A DNA stretch of 64,000 nt from Candidatus Eiseniibacteriota bacterium. GTDB lineage: Bacteria; Eisenbacteria; RBG-16-71-46; CAIMUX01. The position numbers were made by a program, and so were the translations under genes. The stretch is taken from contig CAIMUX010000047.1 of NCBI GenBank assembly GCA_903844735.1, positions 107,862 to 171,861 on the forward strand, written 5' to 3'. Positions 1 through 10,400 of the stretch are shown here, one piece after another. Below the pieces are notes generated by a model. The model made no database searches and had not been told where the DNA came from. It saw only the letters and a list, made by a program, of their open reading frames with translations. Every line of letters begins with the position of its first letter. Position 1 is the first letter of the stretch.

Positions 1-1
1 C

Positions 2-484
2 TCCGGCAACTTCTATGTGACCGAGCGCTGGCTTGGCGGGATGCTGACGAATTTCCAGACCATCAAGATGAGCATCAGGCGGCTGCGGAGCGTCGAGCGC
101 ATGAGTGAAGACGGCACCTTCGAAAAGCTCAACAAGAAGGAAGTCGCGCGGCTGGAGAAGGAACGAGGTCAACTGGAGAAGATCTTCAGCGGCATCCGTG
201 ACATGAACCGCCTGCCCGGACTTATGTTCGTCGTCGACACCAAGATGGAGACCATCGCCGTGGCGGAAGCCCGCCGGCTGAGCATCCCCGTCATGGGTAT
301 CGTGGACACCAACTGCGATCCCGAGCAGGTGGACTATCCGATCCCCGGCAACGACGACGCCATTCGGAGCATCCGGCTCTTCTCGCAGTTTGTGGCCGAC
401 ACGGTGCTCGAGACCCGCGCGTCCGCGGCGATGCCCGATACGCTACCCGAGGCTGCAACCGCGGGACGTTCCGCGGACGCCTGA
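2..484 (+). CDS. rpsB: 30S ribosomal protein S2, C-terminal part (5' end lies upstream of the window)
   Basis: The frame is open from the window edge. Translation ..[55 protein letters not shown].. matches the conserved S2 core. It is followed by tsf, as in the universal rpsB-tsf operon. Confidence 0.93.
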   Translation, partial: SGNFYVTERWLGGMLTNFQTIKMSIRRLRSVERMSEDGTFEKLNKKEVARLEKERGQLEKIFSGIRDMNRLPGLMFVVDTKMETIAVAEARRLSIPVMGIVDTNCDPEQVDYPIPGNDDAIRSIRLFSQFVADTVLETRASAAMPDTLPEAATAGRSADA

Positions 485-726
485 GGGCTGCCGACGCCTG
501 AGGTCGGCGAAAGGCCGAGGCCTGAAGCCTGATGCCTGAAGCCCGAATCGCGCGGGATGCGTAATCCTGCGGAGTACCGAACGAGCATAGATCGAGTATA
601 CGAATCGGATTTCGGGTGGTAGCCGGCTTGTGTCGCGCCGCCGCTCGGTCACCCGGGTTTTGGAAACGACCAGCGAGTGGACTGCCGGACGGCGGTCCCC
701 ACGGCCCGCACGACGGGCGAGGAGTG

Positions 727-1338
727 ATGACGATGACGATTTCAGCCGACCAGGTGAAGCGGCTTCGCGAGCAGACCGGGACGGGCGTTATGCAGTGCAA
801 GAAGGCGCTGGAGGAGACCGGCGGTGACATCGAGAAGGCCGTCGAGGTTCTGCGCAAGAGAGGCGAGGCGGCGGCTGAGAAGAAGGTCGGGCGCGCCACC
901 GGCGAGGGGGTGATCGAGTCTTATATTCACCCTGGCTCCAGGGTCGGCGTCCTCGTCGAGATCAATTGCGAGACGGACTTCGTGGCCCGCACCGAGGACT
1001 ACAAGCAGTTCGTCCACGATATCTGCCTGCACATCGCGGCGGCGCTTCCCATCGCGGTCGGCCGCGAGGAGGTCGCGCCCGAGGTGGTGGCGAGCGAAAA
1101 GGCGATCTACGAGGACCAGGCGAAGACGTCCGGCAAGCCCGAGCAGTTCTGGCCTAAAATCATCGAGGGACGTCTGGAAAAGTTCTACGAGGAGTTCGTT
1201 CTCCTCGAGCAACCGTTCGTCAAAGACCCGGACAAGAAAGTTCGCGAAGTGTTGACCGCGGTCATCGCTAAGCTAGGCGAAAACATCATCATCCGCCGCT
1301 TCGTCCGCTATCAGCTCGGCGAGGAGCTGAAGAAATAG
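727..1338 (+). CDS. tsf: Translation elongation factor Ts (short form, about 200 aa)
   Basis: N-terminus ISADQVKRLREQTGTGVMQCKKALEETGGDIEKAVEVLRKRG, and GVLVEINCETDFVART. The ORF-track start at 616 is a GTG extension; the ATG at 727 is preferred. Confidence 0.92.
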   Translation: MTMTISADQVKRLREQTGTGVMQCKKALEETGGDIEKAVEVLRKRGEAAAEKKVGRATGEGVIESYIHPGSRVGVLVEINCETDFVARTEDYKQFVHDICLHIAAALPIAVGREEVAPEVVASEKAIYEDQAKTSGKPEQFWPKIIEGRLEKFYEEFVLLEQPFVKDPDKKVREVLTAVIAKLGENIIIRRFVRYQLGEELKK

Positions 1339-1355
1339 CCCCCGAGGGCACGGCC

Positions 1356-2108
1356 ATGGAAGGGACCGGCCGGTCGTCGACGGAGTCGCCCCGCTGGAAG
1401 CGGGTTCTCCTCAAGCTCAGCGGAGAGATCCTTTCCGGCGATCGCCGACTGGGTCTTGACCCGGAGACCGTCGACTCTATCTGTCGGCAGGTTCTGGAGG
1501 CGCGACGCACCGGCGTCGAACTTGCTGTTGTGGTCGGTGGAGGCAATTTCCTGCGCGGGACCGAGCTCACCGCCCGAGGTATGGAGCGCTCCACCGCGGA
1601 TCACATCGGGATGCTGGCCACGGTCATGAATGCGCTTGCCCTGCAGGACCGGCTGGAAGGGATGGGCGTGCATACTCGGGTTCTGTCCGCGTTGAAGATG
1701 GATCAAGTGGCTGAACCGTACATCCGGCGGCGCGCCATGCATCACCTGGAGAAGGGGCGCATCGTCATTCTCGCCGGCGGGACCGGCAACCCGTACTTCA
1801 GTACCGACACGGCGGCGGTTCTGCGCGCAGTAGAGACAGGCTGCGAGGTGCTGCTCAAGGCGACCAAGGTCGATGGTGTCTACACGTCCGACCCGGCGCT
1901 GGATGAGTCGGCGAAGCTTCTGCCGCGGCTCAGTCACGCCGCCGTGATCAAGCAAGATCTTCGGGTGATGGACCTCACGGCCATCACGTTGGCGAAGGAG
2001 AACCGGCTGCCGATCGCAGTGTTCAATCTGCGCACCGTCGGCAACCTGGCGCGCGTGCTGCGCGGGGAACCGGTGGGGAGCCTGGTGGAGGAGGATCCGA
2101 TCCCATGA
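1356..2108 (+). CDS. pyrH: Uridylate (UMP) kinase
   Basis: KRVLLKLSGE, VVGGGNFLRG, ILAGGTGNPYFSTDTAAVLRA, ATKVDGVYTSDP; position between tsf and frr. Confidence 0.93.
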   Translation: MEGTGRSSTESPRWKRVLLKLSGEILSGDRRLGLDPETVDSICRQVLEARRTGVELAVVVGGGNFLRGTELTARGMERSTADHIGMLATVMNALALQDRLEGMGVHTRVLSALKMDQVAEPYIRRRAMHHLEKGRIVILAGGTGNPYFSTDTAAVLRAVETGCEVLLKATKVDGVYTSDPALDESAKLLPRLSHAAVIKQDLRVMDLTAITLAKENRLPIAVFNLRTVGNLARVLRGEPVGSLVEEDPIP

Positions 2109-2662
2109 ACCACGAGATCGTCCAGCGTGCGGAAGACCGCATGAAGAAGAGCCTGGAGTCGCTGAAGACGGATCTGCTGACGATTCGCACCGGCAAGGCC
2201 ACCCCGGCCTTGCTGGATTCGGTGCGGGTCGAGGCCTACGGCTCGGTCATGCCGCTGAGCCAGGTCGCCTCGATCACCGCGCCGCAGCCGCGCCTCTTGG
2301 TGGTCCAACCCTGGGACAAGAAGGTCATGTCGGCCATCGTCAAGGCGATCCAGAAGGCCGATCTCGGCGTGAACCCGGCGGAAGACGGCGAGTTGATCCG
2401 GCTGCCCATTCCGGCCCTCACCGAGGAACGACGCCATGATCTGGTGAAGCGGGCCAAGAAGGCCGGCGAGGAGGCGCGCGTCACCATTCGCGGCATCCGG
2501 CGCGAGGCCAACGACGAGCTCAAGAAGGCTGAGAAGGATCACGCCGTTTCCGAGGACGAGGCCGAACGCCTACGCACCGACGTGCAGAAGGTCACTGACA
2601 AGCACGGCGTCTTCGTTGATGAGATCCTTGCCCGTAAGGAAAAGGAAATCCTCGAGGTCTAG
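2105..2662 (+). CDS. frr: Ribosome recycling factor
   Basis: ATGA start/stop overlap with pyrH. LDSVRVEAYGSVMPLSQVASI and IRLPIPALTEERRHDLVK are typical RRF sequences. Confidence 0.93.
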   Translation: MNHEIVQRAEDRMKKSLESLKTDLLTIRTGKATPALLDSVRVEAYGSVMPLSQVASITAPQPRLLVVQPWDKKVMSAIVKAIQKADLGVNPAEDGELIRLPIPALTEERRHDLVKRAKKAGEEARVTIRGIRREANDELKKAEKDHAVSEDEAERLRTDVQKVTDKHGVFVDEILARKEKEILEV

Positions 2663-2711
2663 CGGGTTCTTCAGATCAGAACGGTCGCGCTCCGACGCGA
2701 TCGGCCTCCCG

Positions 2712-3506
2712 ATGAGGCGGGGAGAACGCTTCGTGCCACGCGGTCAGTCCAGGCCCGACCTCGACAAGGAAGCGATCCTCGTGCAGGGCAACCTGCCGCG
2801 GCACGTCGCCGTCATCATGGACGGCAACGGCCGTTGGGCCACCCGCCGAGGATTGCCCCGCATTGCCGGCCACCATGCCAGCCGGCGGGGTGTGCGCGAG
2901 GCGGTCGAGGGGGCCTCCGAACTGGGGATTGAGGTACTCACCCTCTACACGTTTTCCGTCGAGAACTGGCAACGCCCCGCCGGGGAGGTGGCCGGCCTCA
3001 TGAGCTTTCTCCGGCAGGTGCTGAAGGAAGAGCGTGACGCCCTCCACAGGAATCAGGTTCGGCTTCAGGTGATCGGTCGCACGGCGGACCTCCCCGGCGA
3101 GGTGCGCGAAGAGGTCGACCGCACCGTCCGCCACCTTTCGGGGAACACCGGCCTGTGTCTCGTCCTTGCCCTCTCCTACGGCGGGCGGACGGAGTTGGTC
3201 GATTGCGTGCGCAAGCTGCTTGCCGACGTCGGTGATGGGCGATTGCGCGAGGAGGATATCGACGAGGCTGCTGTGGAAGCGCGGCTCTATACCGCCGGCC
3301 TGCCTCAGCCTGACCTTCTGATCCGCACCAGTGGAGAGATGCGTCTCTCCAACTTCCTGCTCTGGCAACTGGCCTACGCGGAGATCTACGTCACGGACAC
3401 CCTCTGGCCCGACTTCCGTAAGCGCGACCTCTTCGCGGCGGTGGCGGAGTACCAGAAGCGGGATCGCCGGTTCGGGCGCGTGGCGGCGCCGTCGTCCGGC
3501 GGATGA
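2712..3506 (+). CDS. uppS: Undecaprenyl-diphosphate synthase (cis-prenyltransferase)
   Basis: HVAVIMDGNGRWA, LTLYTFSVENWQRP, LIRTSGEMRLSNFLLWQLAYAE. The ORF-track start at 2616 overlaps frr; the ATG at 2712 is chosen, so the start is uncertain. Confidence 0.9.
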   Translation: MRRGERFVPRGQSRPDLDKEAILVQGNLPRHVAVIMDGNGRWATRRGLPRIAGHHASRRGVREAVEGASELGIEVLTLYTFSVENWQRPAGEVAGLMSFLRQVLKEERDALHRNQVRLQVIGRTADLPGEVREEVDRTVRHLSGNTGLCLVLALSYGGRTELVDCVRKLLADVGDGRLREEDIDEAAVEARLYTAGLPQPDLLIRTSGEMRLSNFLLWQLAYAEIYVTDTLWPDFRKRDLFAAVAEYQKRDRRFGRVAAPSSGG

Positions 3507-4339
3507 ACCGCTCGCTGCGCCGAAGGCTGGGTTCTGCGGCGATCTACCTCCCGATCGTTCTCGCCCTTGTCTGGCTCCACCCGATCGCGTATGCCGGACT
3601 GCTGGCCCTCGGGTCTATTCTGGGTGGGTGGGAGCTGGCCGGCCTCCTGGGCGCCATGGGCTGGCGCGCTCCACGCTTCCTGCCGGCCATCGCGCCGCTG
3701 GTTCTTGGGGCGGCACTCTGGGGCTGGCTCGGGCCTGTCAGGATTCCGCTGACCGCCGCGATCTGGCTGGTCGGGTTGGCCTGGCTGTTCTTTCCGAGGA
3801 AGCCGCGCTGGCCCGGTTCCGGGCTCGGCGCGTGGGCGATTCATCTGCTGGGCGCGCTGTATCTAGGTCTGCTGCTGGCCTGCCTCGGCGGCCTGGAAGG
3901 GAGGCCGGATCCCGGTGCCGCGTCCGGCGGGGCGGCTGCGCTCAAGGCTCTTTTCGCTCTGGCCGTGGTGTTTGCGTGCGACACCGGTGCCTATGCCGTC
4001 GGTTCCCTGTTCGGACGCCACCGTCTCTGGCCCGCCGTCAGCCCGAAGAAGACCTGGGAGGGGCTTACCGGCGGACTCATGGCTTCCGTAGTCACGGCCG
4101 GCCTGCTTGCAGGGCCATTCGTGCCGGGACTCGGTCTTCTCCGCGGCGCGTTCCTCGGTCTCGCTGCGGGCGTGGCCGCGCAACTGGGGGACTTGGTGGA
4201 GTCGCGGCTCAAACGAGAAGCGGACGTCAAGGACGCCGGCGGCATCATTCCGGGGCACGGTGGGATTCTTGATCGGCTGGACAGTCTGATCTTCGCGGCG
4301 CCGATCTTCGCTCTCGGCCTTAAGCTGCTCCTGCGCTGA
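3503..4339 (+). CDS. cdsA: Phosphatidate cytidylyltransferase (CDP-diglyceride synthase)
   Basis: ATGA overlap with uppS. Polytopic hydrophobic protein with SPKKTWEG and GDLVESRLKREADVKDAGGIIPGHGGILDRLDS. Confidence 0.9.
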   Translation: MNRSLRRRLGSAAIYLPIVLALVWLHPIAYAGLLALGSILGGWELAGLLGAMGWRAPRFLPAIAPLVLGAALWGWLGPVRIPLTAAIWLVGLAWLFFPRKPRWPGSGLGAWAIHLLGALYLGLLLACLGGLEGRPDPGAASGGAAALKALFALAVVFACDTGAYAVGSLFGRHRLWPAVSPKKTWEGLTGGLMASVVTAGLLAGPFVPGLGLLRGAFLGLAAGVAAQLGDLVESRLKREADVKDAGGIIPGHGGILDRLDSLIFAAPIFALGLKLLLR

Positions 4340-4364
4340 CCCGTGGGGTGATAGATTGCCCACG

Positions 4365-5558
4365 ATGAAGGACTCCATCATCAGTCCTCCGGGCCGCCCT
4401 CGACGGGTGACCGTGCTAGGCTCCACCGGTTCTGTCGGGCGGGCGGCCTGTGACGTCATTGCACGTCTGCCCGGCCGACTCGAGGTCTTTGCCCTTGCCG
4501 CAGGGTCGAACGTGGACCTCCTCGCCGAGCAGGTTCGCGCGTTCCGCCCGCGGGTCGTGGCGTTGGGTCGCGCCGACCTCGAGACCGAGCTGCGCTCCCG
4601 GATCGGCGTCGGTTGGTCGGGATCGCTCTTCTTCGGCCCTTCCGGTGTGGAGAGCGTGGCTGCCATGGAGGAAGCCGACGTCGTGCTCAACGGCCTCGTG
4701 GGTGCGGCGGGGTTGCGTCCCACCTGGCGCGCGCTGGCGGCGGGACGCGCGGTTGCCCTCGCCAACAAGGAGTCTTTGGTCATCGCAGGGGAATTCCTCG
4801 CAGCCGAAGCGGAGCGTCGAGGGGCCCGCCTGCTCCCGGTCGACAGTGAGCACAACGCGATCTTCCAGGCACTCAATGGGCAGGGACCGGATGTGGTGCG
4901 CCGGCTCGTCCTCACGGCCTCGGGGGGGCCGCTGCGCGAGCGGGATCCCGCCACCCTGGGCACCGTGACGCCCGCGGATGCGTTGCGCCACCCGACCTGG
5001 ACCATGGGACCGCGCATCACCGTCGACTCGGCCACGCTCTTGAACAAGGGGTTCGAGGTGATCGAGGCCCGCTGGCTCTTTGCTGTCGCGCCGGAACGGA
5101 TCGACGTCTGGATCCATCCGCAGTCGGTGGTGCATGGGATGGTGGAGTGGATCGATGGTTCGACGACGGCGGTCTTCTCTGTGCCCGATATGCGGATCCC
5201 GATCCAAAACGCCCTCTGCTATCCCCTGCGGTTGCCGGGTCCGGTTGCCGGGTGTGACCTCACGAGCTACGGGCGGCTTGACTTCGCGCGTCCCGACCCC
5301 GGGCGCTACCCCTGTCTGGACCTGGCCCGGCGGGCCCTGGCCGAGGGTGGAACGGCTCCCGCGGTTCTGAATGCTGCAGACGAGGTGCTGGTCGCGGCGT
5401 TCCTGGAGGAGCGGATCGGGTTCCTCCGGATCGGTGAGGGGTTGGAGCGGGTGCTGGACCGGCGACCGGGGGGAGGTTGCAGCGACCTCGATGCGATACA
5501 GGAGGCGGACCGGTGGGCGCGCGCGCAGGCGGAAGCGGTCATCGCGGCCTGGGGCTGA
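4365..5558 (+). CDS. dxr: 1-deoxy-D-xylulose-5-phosphate reductoisomerase
   Basis: VTVLGSTGSVG (NADPH site), LANKESLV, DSEHNAIFQ, ALRHPTWTMGPRITVDSATLLNKGFEVIEA. The start is either TTG at 4356 or ATG at 4365. Confidence 0.92.
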   Translation: MKDSIISPPGRPRRVTVLGSTGSVGRAACDVIARLPGRLEVFALAAGSNVDLLAEQVRAFRPRVVALGRADLETELRSRIGVGWSGSLFFGPSGVESVAAMEEADVVLNGLVGAAGLRPTWRALAAGRAVALANKESLVIAGEFLAAEAERRGARLLPVDSEHNAIFQALNGQGPDVVRRLVLTASGGPLRERDPATLGTVTPADALRHPTWTMGPRITVDSATLLNKGFEVIEARWLFAVAPERIDVWIHPQSVVHGMVEWIDGSTTAVFSVPDMRIPIQNALCYPLRLPGPVAGCDLTSYGRLDFARPDPGRYPCLDLARRALAEGGTAPAVLNAADEVLVAAFLEERIGFLRIGEGLERVLDRRPGGGCSDLDAIQEADRWARAQAEAVIAAWG

Positions 5559-7453
5559 TCCTCCTCGCTGTCGGGCGCGTGCTGCTGCTCCTCGTTCTGG
5601 CGGGAGTGGCACGGGCCGGCGGCGAAGAGGGGGAAGCACCGCGGCTGGCCGCCATCCGGTTCAGCGGGAACTCGCATCTTTCCGGCGGCGAGTTGCGTTC
5701 GGTGATGCGCCTGCGCCAGTCGGCTTGGTGGCGGCCGTTTCGAACACCCCGCTATGCCGGGGCCGATTTTCTCGCGGTCGACCTGCACGCGGTGGAGGAA
5801 CGTTATCGCGCCGAGGGCTTCCCCTTCGCCCGCGTCCTCGACGCTGAGGTGCGCTACAACGAGGGCGGAGACCGGGTGCGGATCACCCTGACGGTGGACG
5901 AGGGGCCGCTCATCAGCCTGGCGGGGGTGAAGCGGCGTGGGCTACGGGATGCCTGGGAGAAGGATCTTGCGGCTGGCTGTCGTCTCCAGCGCGGGGCGCC
6001 GCTTTCGTGGCCGGCCGTTCTTGCCGAGCGAGATCGCGTGAGCGCCTACTGCTCCGACCGGGGGTTCGCTCTCGGTCGGACCGAGCTCTCCGTGCGCTAC
6101 GAAGCCGACATGGCGGAAGTGGTGATCGACGTGGACCCGGGCCAGCGAGTGCTCGTCGATTCGATCCAGATCCGTGGGCTCACTCGCACGCGGGACTTGG
6201 CAGTGCGCCGGGAGATCCAGCTCCGGCCGGGTGACCCCTTGACCGCCCGCCGGATCCTGGACAGCCGCCAGCGTCTTCTCGATACCGGCCTCTTCACGCG
6301 GGCTCGGCTCGTCCCGCAGTTCCCCGACAGCACCAAGCCGGCGGCCAATATCGAGGTCGACCTCGAGGAGCGCAAGCCCGCCTGGTACGGCGTGGGAGCC
6401 GGTTACTCTTCTTCGGACCAGGTGCGCCTTCTCAGCGAGTGGGGGATGCGTAACCTCAACGGTCGGGGGCTCCGCCTGGCACTCACCGGGAAGCTCTATT
6501 ATTCGCTGAACCCAGGGTTTCGCGGGGGCGGCATCAACCTGCGCGAAGGGCTCATGCAGGCCGATCTCCTCGAACCTTGGTTTCTCGGGATGCGCCTGCA
6601 GGGGATCGCCTCGCCCTACCTGCGCTGGCTGCGCGAGGAGGGTTTCGAACAGCAATTCATCGGTTACGACCTGGCCTTGCGGCGGGAGATGAGCCGCTGG
6701 ACCCGCGTCTCAATCGGCCTCCAGTCGAAGCACGTCCGCACTACCCAGAAGGATGTCCGGCCGCGTTACACGACCCGATTCGTGAACCTCGACCTTGCCG
6801 ATGATCGGCGAGACAACATCTTTGACCCCACGCGGGGGCACTACGCCCAGTCGCTGGCTGAGTACGCGGGCGGACTCCTCGGCGGCAGCAATCAGTTCGG
6901 TCGCCTGACGCTCAACTGGCAGAGTTATCACAGCCCGGAACCGGGTTGGGTCTTGGCGGCCCGCGTCAGGGTGGGTTGGATCGATCCACTCGGTGGCGGG
7001 CCGGTGGCCGGCACTGCGGCGGACACGCTGCGTCTGTCTCGCATTCCGTGGGAGGAGCGCTTCCGGCTCGGTGGGGGGACGACCATCCGTGGGTACGGCG
7101 AGGGGATGGTGGGGCGTCGCGATACCCAGAACCGAGCTATCGGCGGTTTGGCGATGGCTCTGATGAGCGCTGAAATCCGGTTCCCGCTCGTCTCGATCGT
7201 GCAGGGTGCGCTCTTCGTTGACGCAGGGAATGTCTGGGCCGACCCAAAGAGTTTCACCTTCGCCCGCTTCACGAGCGGATTCCGCGACCAGGACTACAAC
7301 GCGCTGAATGCCGCCTGGGGAATCGGTGTGGGGCTGCGCGTGAAGACGCCGGTCGGTCCGTTCCGGTTTGACTACGGCTTCAAGGTGGGGACAGGGAGGG
7401 GTCCGGGTGACGGTCCCGGGAATCTCCATGTCGCCCTCGGGCAGGCGTTCTGA
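5477..7453 (+). CDS. Omp85-family outer-membrane protein (TamA/BamA-like)
   Basis: Hydrophobic signal-like N-terminus (GLGLILLAVGRVLLLLVLAGVARAG). POTRA-like segments (IRFSGNSHLSGGELRSVM; IQIRGLTRTRDLAVRREIQLRPGDPL). Barrel-type C-terminus with RFRLGGGTTIRGY, ending ..LHVALGQAF. TGATG stop/start overlap with the following TamB-like gene. The start is uncertain: the ATG at 5477 overlaps dxr by 82 nt, and an in-frame GTG lies at 5513. Confidence 0.8.
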   Translation: MQRPRCDTGGGPVGARAGGSGHRGLGLILLAVGRVLLLLVLAGVARAGGEEGEAPRLAAIRFSGNSHLSGGELRSVMRLRQSAWWRPFRTPRYAGADFLAVDLHAVEERYRAEGFPFARVLDAEVRYNEGGDRVRITLTVDEGPLISLAGVKRRGLRDAWEKDLAAGCRLQRGAPLSWPAVLAERDRVSAYCSDRGFALGRTELSVRYEADMAEVVIDVDPGQRVLVDSIQIRGLTRTRDLAVRREIQLRPGDPLTARRILDSRQRLLDTGLFTRARLVPQFPDSTKPAANIEVDLEERKPAWYGVGAGYSSSDQVRLLSEWGMRNLNGRGLRLALTGKLYYSLNPGFRGGGINLREGLMQADLLEPWFLGMRLQGIASPYLRWLREEGFEQQFIGYDLALRREMSRWTRVSIGLQSKHVRTTQKDVRPRYTTRFVNLDLADDRRDNIFDPTRGHYAQSLAEYAGGLLGGSNQFGRLTLNWQSYHSPEPGWVLAARVRVGWIDPLGGGPVAGTAADTLRLSRIPWEERFRLGGGTTIRGYGEGMVGRRDTQNRAIGGLAMALMSAEIRFPLVSIVQGALFVDAGNVWADPKSFTFARFTSGFRDQDYNALNAAWGIGVGLRVKTPVGPFRFDYGFKVGTGRGPGDGPGNLHVALGQAF

Positions 7454-10400
7454 TGCGTCGCCGTTGGCCCTGGATTCTCGGCGTCATGGGGGGTGGGATC
7501 CTGTTCTTGGCGCTTCTCGCAGTATCGCCGTTCTGGGTGGCCCGGTGGCCGGCCGGGCTCAACCGGGCCCTGGACGCCAGCGGCCTGGCCCGGGCTCTCG
7601 GGGGGACCGGGGGAACCCAACGGGTGCGAGTCGACCGGGTTGCACATTTCGGGCCGTGGGGCATGGAGATCGAGGGATTTCGCGTGGAGAGCCTCACTTC
7701 CGCGGGCTGGGAGTCTTGGGCCCGTGCCGGGACGATCACGCTGGCGTGGCGACCGCAATCGTTCCTGGGGCGCCGCGTCTTTCTATCGCGGGTGGCTGTC
7801 GACTCGGTGCGAATTGATTTGCGAAAGCGTCCCGAGTCTGCAGATACCGCAAGCGTGAGCCCGACCGTGGGGACGAAGCGGAACTCTCCGCGGCCGGTCG
7901 AGGAGCGGCTGATGCCGATCCGTATTCCCAATCTACAGGTAAGCAAGATCGTGGTGATTGATCGACGGGGGAGGCCGCGCGAGGCGTCGCTCGATTTGGC
8001 CGGGATTTCCCACGACCGTGGGCGGATTCGGGCGACCCTGCGGCGCGCCTATCTGAAGGCGGTACCGGAGTCGCTCTGGATCACCCTGGCTGATGGGCTC
8101 GTGGACGCCCAGCTCCCAGGTACCGTCGGCATCACCGCTCTGGCCATCGAGGGACCGGGGTTGCGGGCGCGCCTCGACGCGAGTTGGGCTGCGTCTACGG
8201 CTCCTCCATCAGCCACGGAGGGACCCGCCCCCGGGCCGGGCCATATCACCGCCCAGTTGGAGGTGCGCGAACTTCGTCCCACGCAGATACCGCCCGCTCG
8301 GGCCCTGCCGCTCCCGTGGCACCCCACCGACGCGCTCTCGGGGCGTATCGACGCTGACGGCACGGTGGGAGGCGGCATTCCCCCGAGGGTGGAGTGTGAT
8401 GTCGAGCTGGCCGGTTCAGTGTTCGGTACGAACCTCGACACGCTACTCGCGGCCGGCATGGCGACGCCCGACACCGCCGACCTGCGCGAGATCCGTCTGA
8501 GGCTCGGCACCATCGGGGTGCGGGGAAGCACGCGTTGGGTGCGCACCGGAACGTCGCGGGCCGATCTCCGTTTCCGCGGCGTCGACCTCGGTTCCCCGCC
8601 GATCTCGCTCTTCGCGGGCGGAATGCCGGTCTCGGACTTTGCGGGGACCGTGCGAGCGGAGGCCGATTCGCTCGGACCCCGGTTGCGGTTGTTCGTCGAG
8701 CTGGCGCTGGAGCCCGGAGACCTCCTGAACCGCCCGATCAGCGGACTCACGATCCGCGCCCGGCTCGATCCGCGGGTCTTCGCCGTCGAGGAGCTGCGCA
8801 CGAGGGAGGAACCTCCCGCCCTGTCTTTGGCGGGTACGCTTCGGCGCGAGGAACGCACCCTCTCGGTGGCGGGGATGCTGCGCGGATTCGTGCTGGAGGA
8901 TTGGGTGGCCCCTTGGATTCGCGTCCCGCTCGAGGGGACGGTCGACGGGCCGTTCCGTGCCGAGGGGCCGCTGTCGGCGCCGGTGGTAGAGGCCGAGCTG
9001 TCTGCTGACAGCGTGAGGGCGGCGGAAGTTTATCTCCGCGCGGCCCGGGTGGAATCGATCACCGGGACCCTCGTCCCGTGGCGGCTCCGCGCGGAGTTCC
9101 GCGCGGCCGGTCTGGATGTGTACAAGGTGCCGTTTGACTCCGCGGCAGGTTCCGTCCTGCTGGCCGACACGATTACCAGCCGATTCACCGCATGGCGCGA
9201 CACCACGCGAGCCCGTCTGGCGGTCCGAGTGATTCCCCAGGACCGCGGGTCGGTTCTCTTCGACTCGGTCACGATCCATGCCGGGCGACTCCCTCCCGTT
9301 GAGCTGGAAGGGAAGTCCCGACTCGACTGGACACCCGACCTTGTGAGCATCGACTCGCTCCGGTTCCGGCTGGACGCGGGGCGGGCCGGCGGGAGCGGGT
9401 GGCTCAAACCGCGACCGGGGTACCCTGGCACCGAACCGTTCGCCTTCGCCGCCGAGGCGGCCGATATCGATCTCGGTCTCCTGGCCACCTACTTCGGTCG
9501 CTCACCCGACGACTGGAGCGGCCTCGCCACGGGTCGTTTCGAAGGTGAGGGGACGCTACGGTCCCCGGTCTATCGCTTCCATGCTGAGGCAACCGGGGTG
9601 GAGACGATCGACTGGACCTGGGACCGCCTGGCTGTGACCGGTAGGGCGGGCGAAGGAGTCGGGCTGTGCATCGACTCGCTGCGAGCGACATCGAACGGGT
9701 TCAGGGGACCGCTGCCGGGACCGGAACCGGTGGGGCCGCAGCCGCCGGGACCGGCCGTTCTTCTGCGGGCCGATTCACTCCTCGTGCGGTTTGCGGTACC
9801 GTGGGCCGACGCCATGAACGCGCTCGCCGATTCGTCGCGGCGGCAGTCGATCCTGGCGACGGCCCGACTCGGTGGCGTCGCGGCGATGCAGCGGGTGCCG
9901 GCGGCGCCGTTTCTTATCCCGGTGCTCGGCGCGCACGCATGGGAGGAACGGGGGACCGGGCTGGCGGGTCTGACCGACCCGATGCTCGACCTGATTCGTG
10001 TGGTGCGACCTGCGGCAGAGCAAAATGGCACCGCGCGCGCGAACGCTCTCGGCGGAAACCTCGATCTCTCGGCGAGGATCGGCGGCACCGGGCGGTCCCC
10101 CGAGGTGAGCGTGGATCTGCTGGCGCGCGATCTGCGCGTGCTCCAGGCCTGGGCTGACTCGGTGCGGGTTCGCGGCAGCTACGCTGATTCCCTGATCACC
10201 CTTGATAGCCTGGAGTGGCATATGGGGACGAGTCTTCTCCGCATCCAGGCGAAACTCCCCCGCGACATCGATCTTTCCATCCCCGCCGTGCGTTCGTTGG
10301 ATCGGCCGGGACAGGCGCGGGCAGACCTGAAGGATGCCGACCTTTCGCTCCTCTCGCTGGTGCCCGCGGTGGGTCGCGTACTGCAGGACCCAAGCGGCAC

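Noticed and set aside
616-726. N-terminal extensions proposed by the ORF track. They start at 616 for tsf, 2616 for uppS, 21101 for the GT, 22777 for the pRiA4b-like gene, 23727 for queG, 24906 for nifU-like, 26299 for the ABC ATPase, 28310 for the lyase-like gene, 49490, 52879 and 56117 for the cohesin/protease genes, and 62876 for HAD.
   Set aside because: The extensions overlap the preceding gene, translate to Arg/Gly/Pro-rich junk, and are followed by an internal Met/GTG. That internal start has an SD and/or a signal peptide, or sits at the conserved family N-terminus.
485-726. rpsB-tsf spacer with reiterated GCCTGA(G/A)G strings and small hairpins (GCCGAC gcctgag GTCGGC at 490-508; CGCGGGAT gcgta ATCCTGCG near 552-572)
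   Set aside because: These are short, with no U-tract. Such hairpins are common in GC-rich intergenic DNA. They are plausibly an attenuator, as in other rpsB-tsf operons, but there is nothing unusual enough to report as a finding.
3863-5047. Long antisense or alternative-frame ORFs throughout the track. Examples are 3863-5047(-), 4416-5639(-), 9775-11214(-), 12687-13781(-), 23164-24357(-), 28652-30229(-), 42829-44811(-), 44918-46546(+), 51705-53504(-), 53680-55497(-), 59271-61238(-) and 61614-63002(-).
   Set aside because: Their translations are Arg/Pro/Gly/Ala-dominated with no recognisable motifs. Each lies opposite or out of frame with a gene that has clear family signatures. Stop-poor shadow frames like these are expected in GC-rich DNA.
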